A stretch of 64,000 nucleotides of DNA from the human T2T-CHM13v2.0 reference genome, Homo sapiens. The DNA lies in the NCBI RefSeq assembly GCF_009914755.1, contig NC_060936.1; one strand, given 5' to 3'. The notes beneath the pieces are model-generated. The model worked only from the letters and a program-made list of their open reading frames with translations, made no database searches and was not told where the DNA came from. Shown one piece after another: positions 60,001 through 64,000 of the stretch (position 1 is the first letter of the stretch; each line of letters starts with the position of its first letter). The position numbers and the translations under genes were made by a program.

Positions 60001-60453
60001 GGGGGAGGAGCCAAGATGGCCAAATAGGAACAGCTCCGGTCTACAGCTCCCAGTGTGAGCCACGCAGAAGACAGGTGATTTCTGCATTTCCAACTGAAGT
60101 ACCGGGTTCATCCCACTGGGGAGTGCCAGACAGTGGGTGCAGGACAGTGGGTGCAGTGCACCGGGCGTGAGCCAAAGCAGGGCGAGGCATCGCCTCACCC
60201 GGGAAGTGCAAGGGGTCAGGGAATTCCCTTTCCTAGTCAAAGAAAGGGGTGACAGACGGCACCTGGAAAATTGGGTCACTCCCACCCTAATACTGCGCTT
60301 TTCCAACAGGCTTAAAAAATGGCACACCAGGAGATTATATCCCGCATCTGGCTCGGAGGGTCCTACGCCCACAGAGTCTCGCTCATTACTAGCACAGCAG
60401 TCTGAGATCAAACTGCAAGGTGGCAGCGAGGCTGGGGGAGGGGCGCCCACCAT
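59980..60453 (-). CDS. Putative L1 ORF0, open and C-terminally extended (157 aa)
   Basis: MVGAPPPASLPPCSLISDCCASNERDSVGVGPSEP matches the primate L1 ORF0 N-terminus; no stop until 59980, in the flanking Tigger2a. Expression unknown. Confidence 0.45.
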   Translation of the reverse strand: MVGAPPPASLPPCSLISDCCASNERDSVGVGPSEPDAGYNLLVCHFLSLLEKRSIRVGVTQFSRCRLSPLSLTRKGNSLTPCTSRVRRCLALLWLTPGALHPLSCTHCLALPSGMNPVLQLEMQKSPVFCVAHTGSCRPELFLFGHLGSSPLYTVLL

Positions 60454-61035
60454 TGCCGAGTTAGTTGTTTGATTAGGTAAACAAAGCAGCCTGGAAGCTG
60501 GAACTGGGTGGAGCCCACCACAGCTCAAGGAGGCCAGTCTGCCTCTGTAGGCTCCACCTCTGTGGGCAGGGCACAGACAAACAAAAAGACAGCAGTAACC
60601 TCTGCAGACTTAAATGTCCCTGTCGGACAGCTTTGAAGAGAGTAGTGGTTCTCCCAGCACACAGTTTGAGATCTGAGAACTGGCAGACTGCCTCCTCAAG
60701 TGGGTCCCTGACCTCCAAGTAGCCTAACTGGGAGGCACCCCCCAGTAGGGGTGGACTGACACCTCACACAGCCGGGTACTCCTCCGAGACAAAACTTCCA
60801 GAGGAACGATCAGGCAGCAGCATTTGCGGTTCACCAATATCTGCTGTTCTGCAGCCACTGCTGCTGATACCCAGGCAAACAGGGTCTGGAGTAGACCTCT
60901 AGCAAACTCCAACAGACCTGCAGCTGAGGGTCCTCTCTGTTGGAAGGAAAACTAACAAACAGAAAGGACATCCACACCAAAAACCCATCTGTACATCACC
61001 ATCATCAAAGACCAAAGGTAGATAAAACCACAAAG

Positions 61036-62043
61036 ATGGGAAAAAAACAAAGCAGAAAAACTGGAAACTAAAAATCAGAGCACCTCTCCTCCTCCAAAGG
61101 AACGCAGCTCCTCACCAGCAATGAAACAAAGCTGGACGGAGAATGACTTTGACGAGTTGAGAGAAGAAGGCTTCAGACGATCAAACTACTCTGAGCTACA
61201 GGAGGAAATTCGAACCAATGGTAAAGAAGTTAAAAGCTTTGAACAAAAATTAGACGAATGGATAACTAGAACAACCAATGCAGAGAAGTCCTTAAAGGAC
61301 CTGATGGAGCTGAAAACCAAGACACTACGTGACAAATGCAGAAGCCTCAGTAGCCGATGCGATCAACTGGAAGAAAGGGTATCAGTGATGGAAGACAAAA
61401 TGAATGAAATGAAGCGAGAAGAGAAGTTTAGAGAAAAAAGAATAAAAAGAAATGAACAAAGCCTCCAAGAAAATGGGACTACGTGAAAAGACCAAATCTA
61501 CGTCTGATTGGCGTACCTGAAAGTGACGGGGAGAATGGAACCAAGTTGGAAAACACGATGCAGGATATTATCCAGGAGAACTTCCCCAATCTAGCAAGGC
61601 AGACCAACATTCAGATTCAGGAAATATAGAGAACGCCACAAAGATACTTCTTCAGAAGAGCAACACCAAGACACGTAATTGTCAGATTCACCAAAGTTGA
61701 AATGAAGGAAAAAATGTTAAGGGCAGCCAGAGAGAAAGGTTGGGTTACCCTCAAAGGGAAGCACATCAGACTAACAGCAGATCTCTCGGCAGAAACTCTA
61801 CAAGCCAGAAGAGCATGGGGACCAATATTCAACATTCTTAAAGAAAAGAATTTTCAACCCAGAATTTCATATCCACCCAAACTAAGCTTCATAAATGAAG
61901 GAGAAATAAAATACTTCAAAGACAAGCAAATGCTGAGAGATTTTGTCACCACCAGGCCTGCCCTAAAAGACCTCCTGAAGGAAGCACTAAACATGGAAAG
62001 GAACAACCGGTACCAGCCACTGCAAAAACATGCCAAATTGTAA
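61036..62043 (+). pseudogene. L1 ORF1p, frameshifted
   Basis: Fragments 61121..61486 and 61702..62043 in different frames. Confidence 0.9.
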
Positions 62044-62106
62044 AGACCATCGAGGCTAGGAAGAAACTGCATCAACTAACGAGCAAAATAACCAGCTAAC
62101 ATCATA

Positions 62107-64000
<1,894 letters not shown>

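Overview
Primate DNA, almost certainly human, AT-rich and repeat-dense, lying entirely inside the NELL2 gene on the minus strand. Three internal coding exons are readable with canonical GT/AG splice sites and compatible phases: 33330-33421 (92 nt), 29976-30078 (103 nt) and 22415-22543 (129 nt). They encode a vWC domain followed by an EGF-like domain; by recollection these are about exons 10-12. The rest is intron filled with transposable elements: a full-length L1PA3-like element (minus, about 71-6121); an older L1PA4-like element (plus, 60001 to beyond the window end); a near full-length Tigger1; MER82, MER20, MER58B, MER5 and Tigger2a DNA transposons; MLT and LTR33-like solo LTRs; old L1M/L1PB/L2/MIR fragments; and several Alus, one AluYg6-like. 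I found no evidence of a new gene system, and nearly all ORF-track entries are TE-derived or chance. The best leads are: (1) the two L1PAs differ by the 128-129 bp ZNF93-escape deletion; (2) they are long inverted repeats bracketing a 324-nt, stop-free, phase-symmetric three-exon block, a circRNA, rolling-circle translation or inversion candidate; (3) the right L1 carries an extended 157-aa ORF0 pointing into NELL2, whose in-frame splice donor has mutated GT to AT. Subfamily calls come from remembered consensus sequences and need RepeatMasker/Dfam confirmation.
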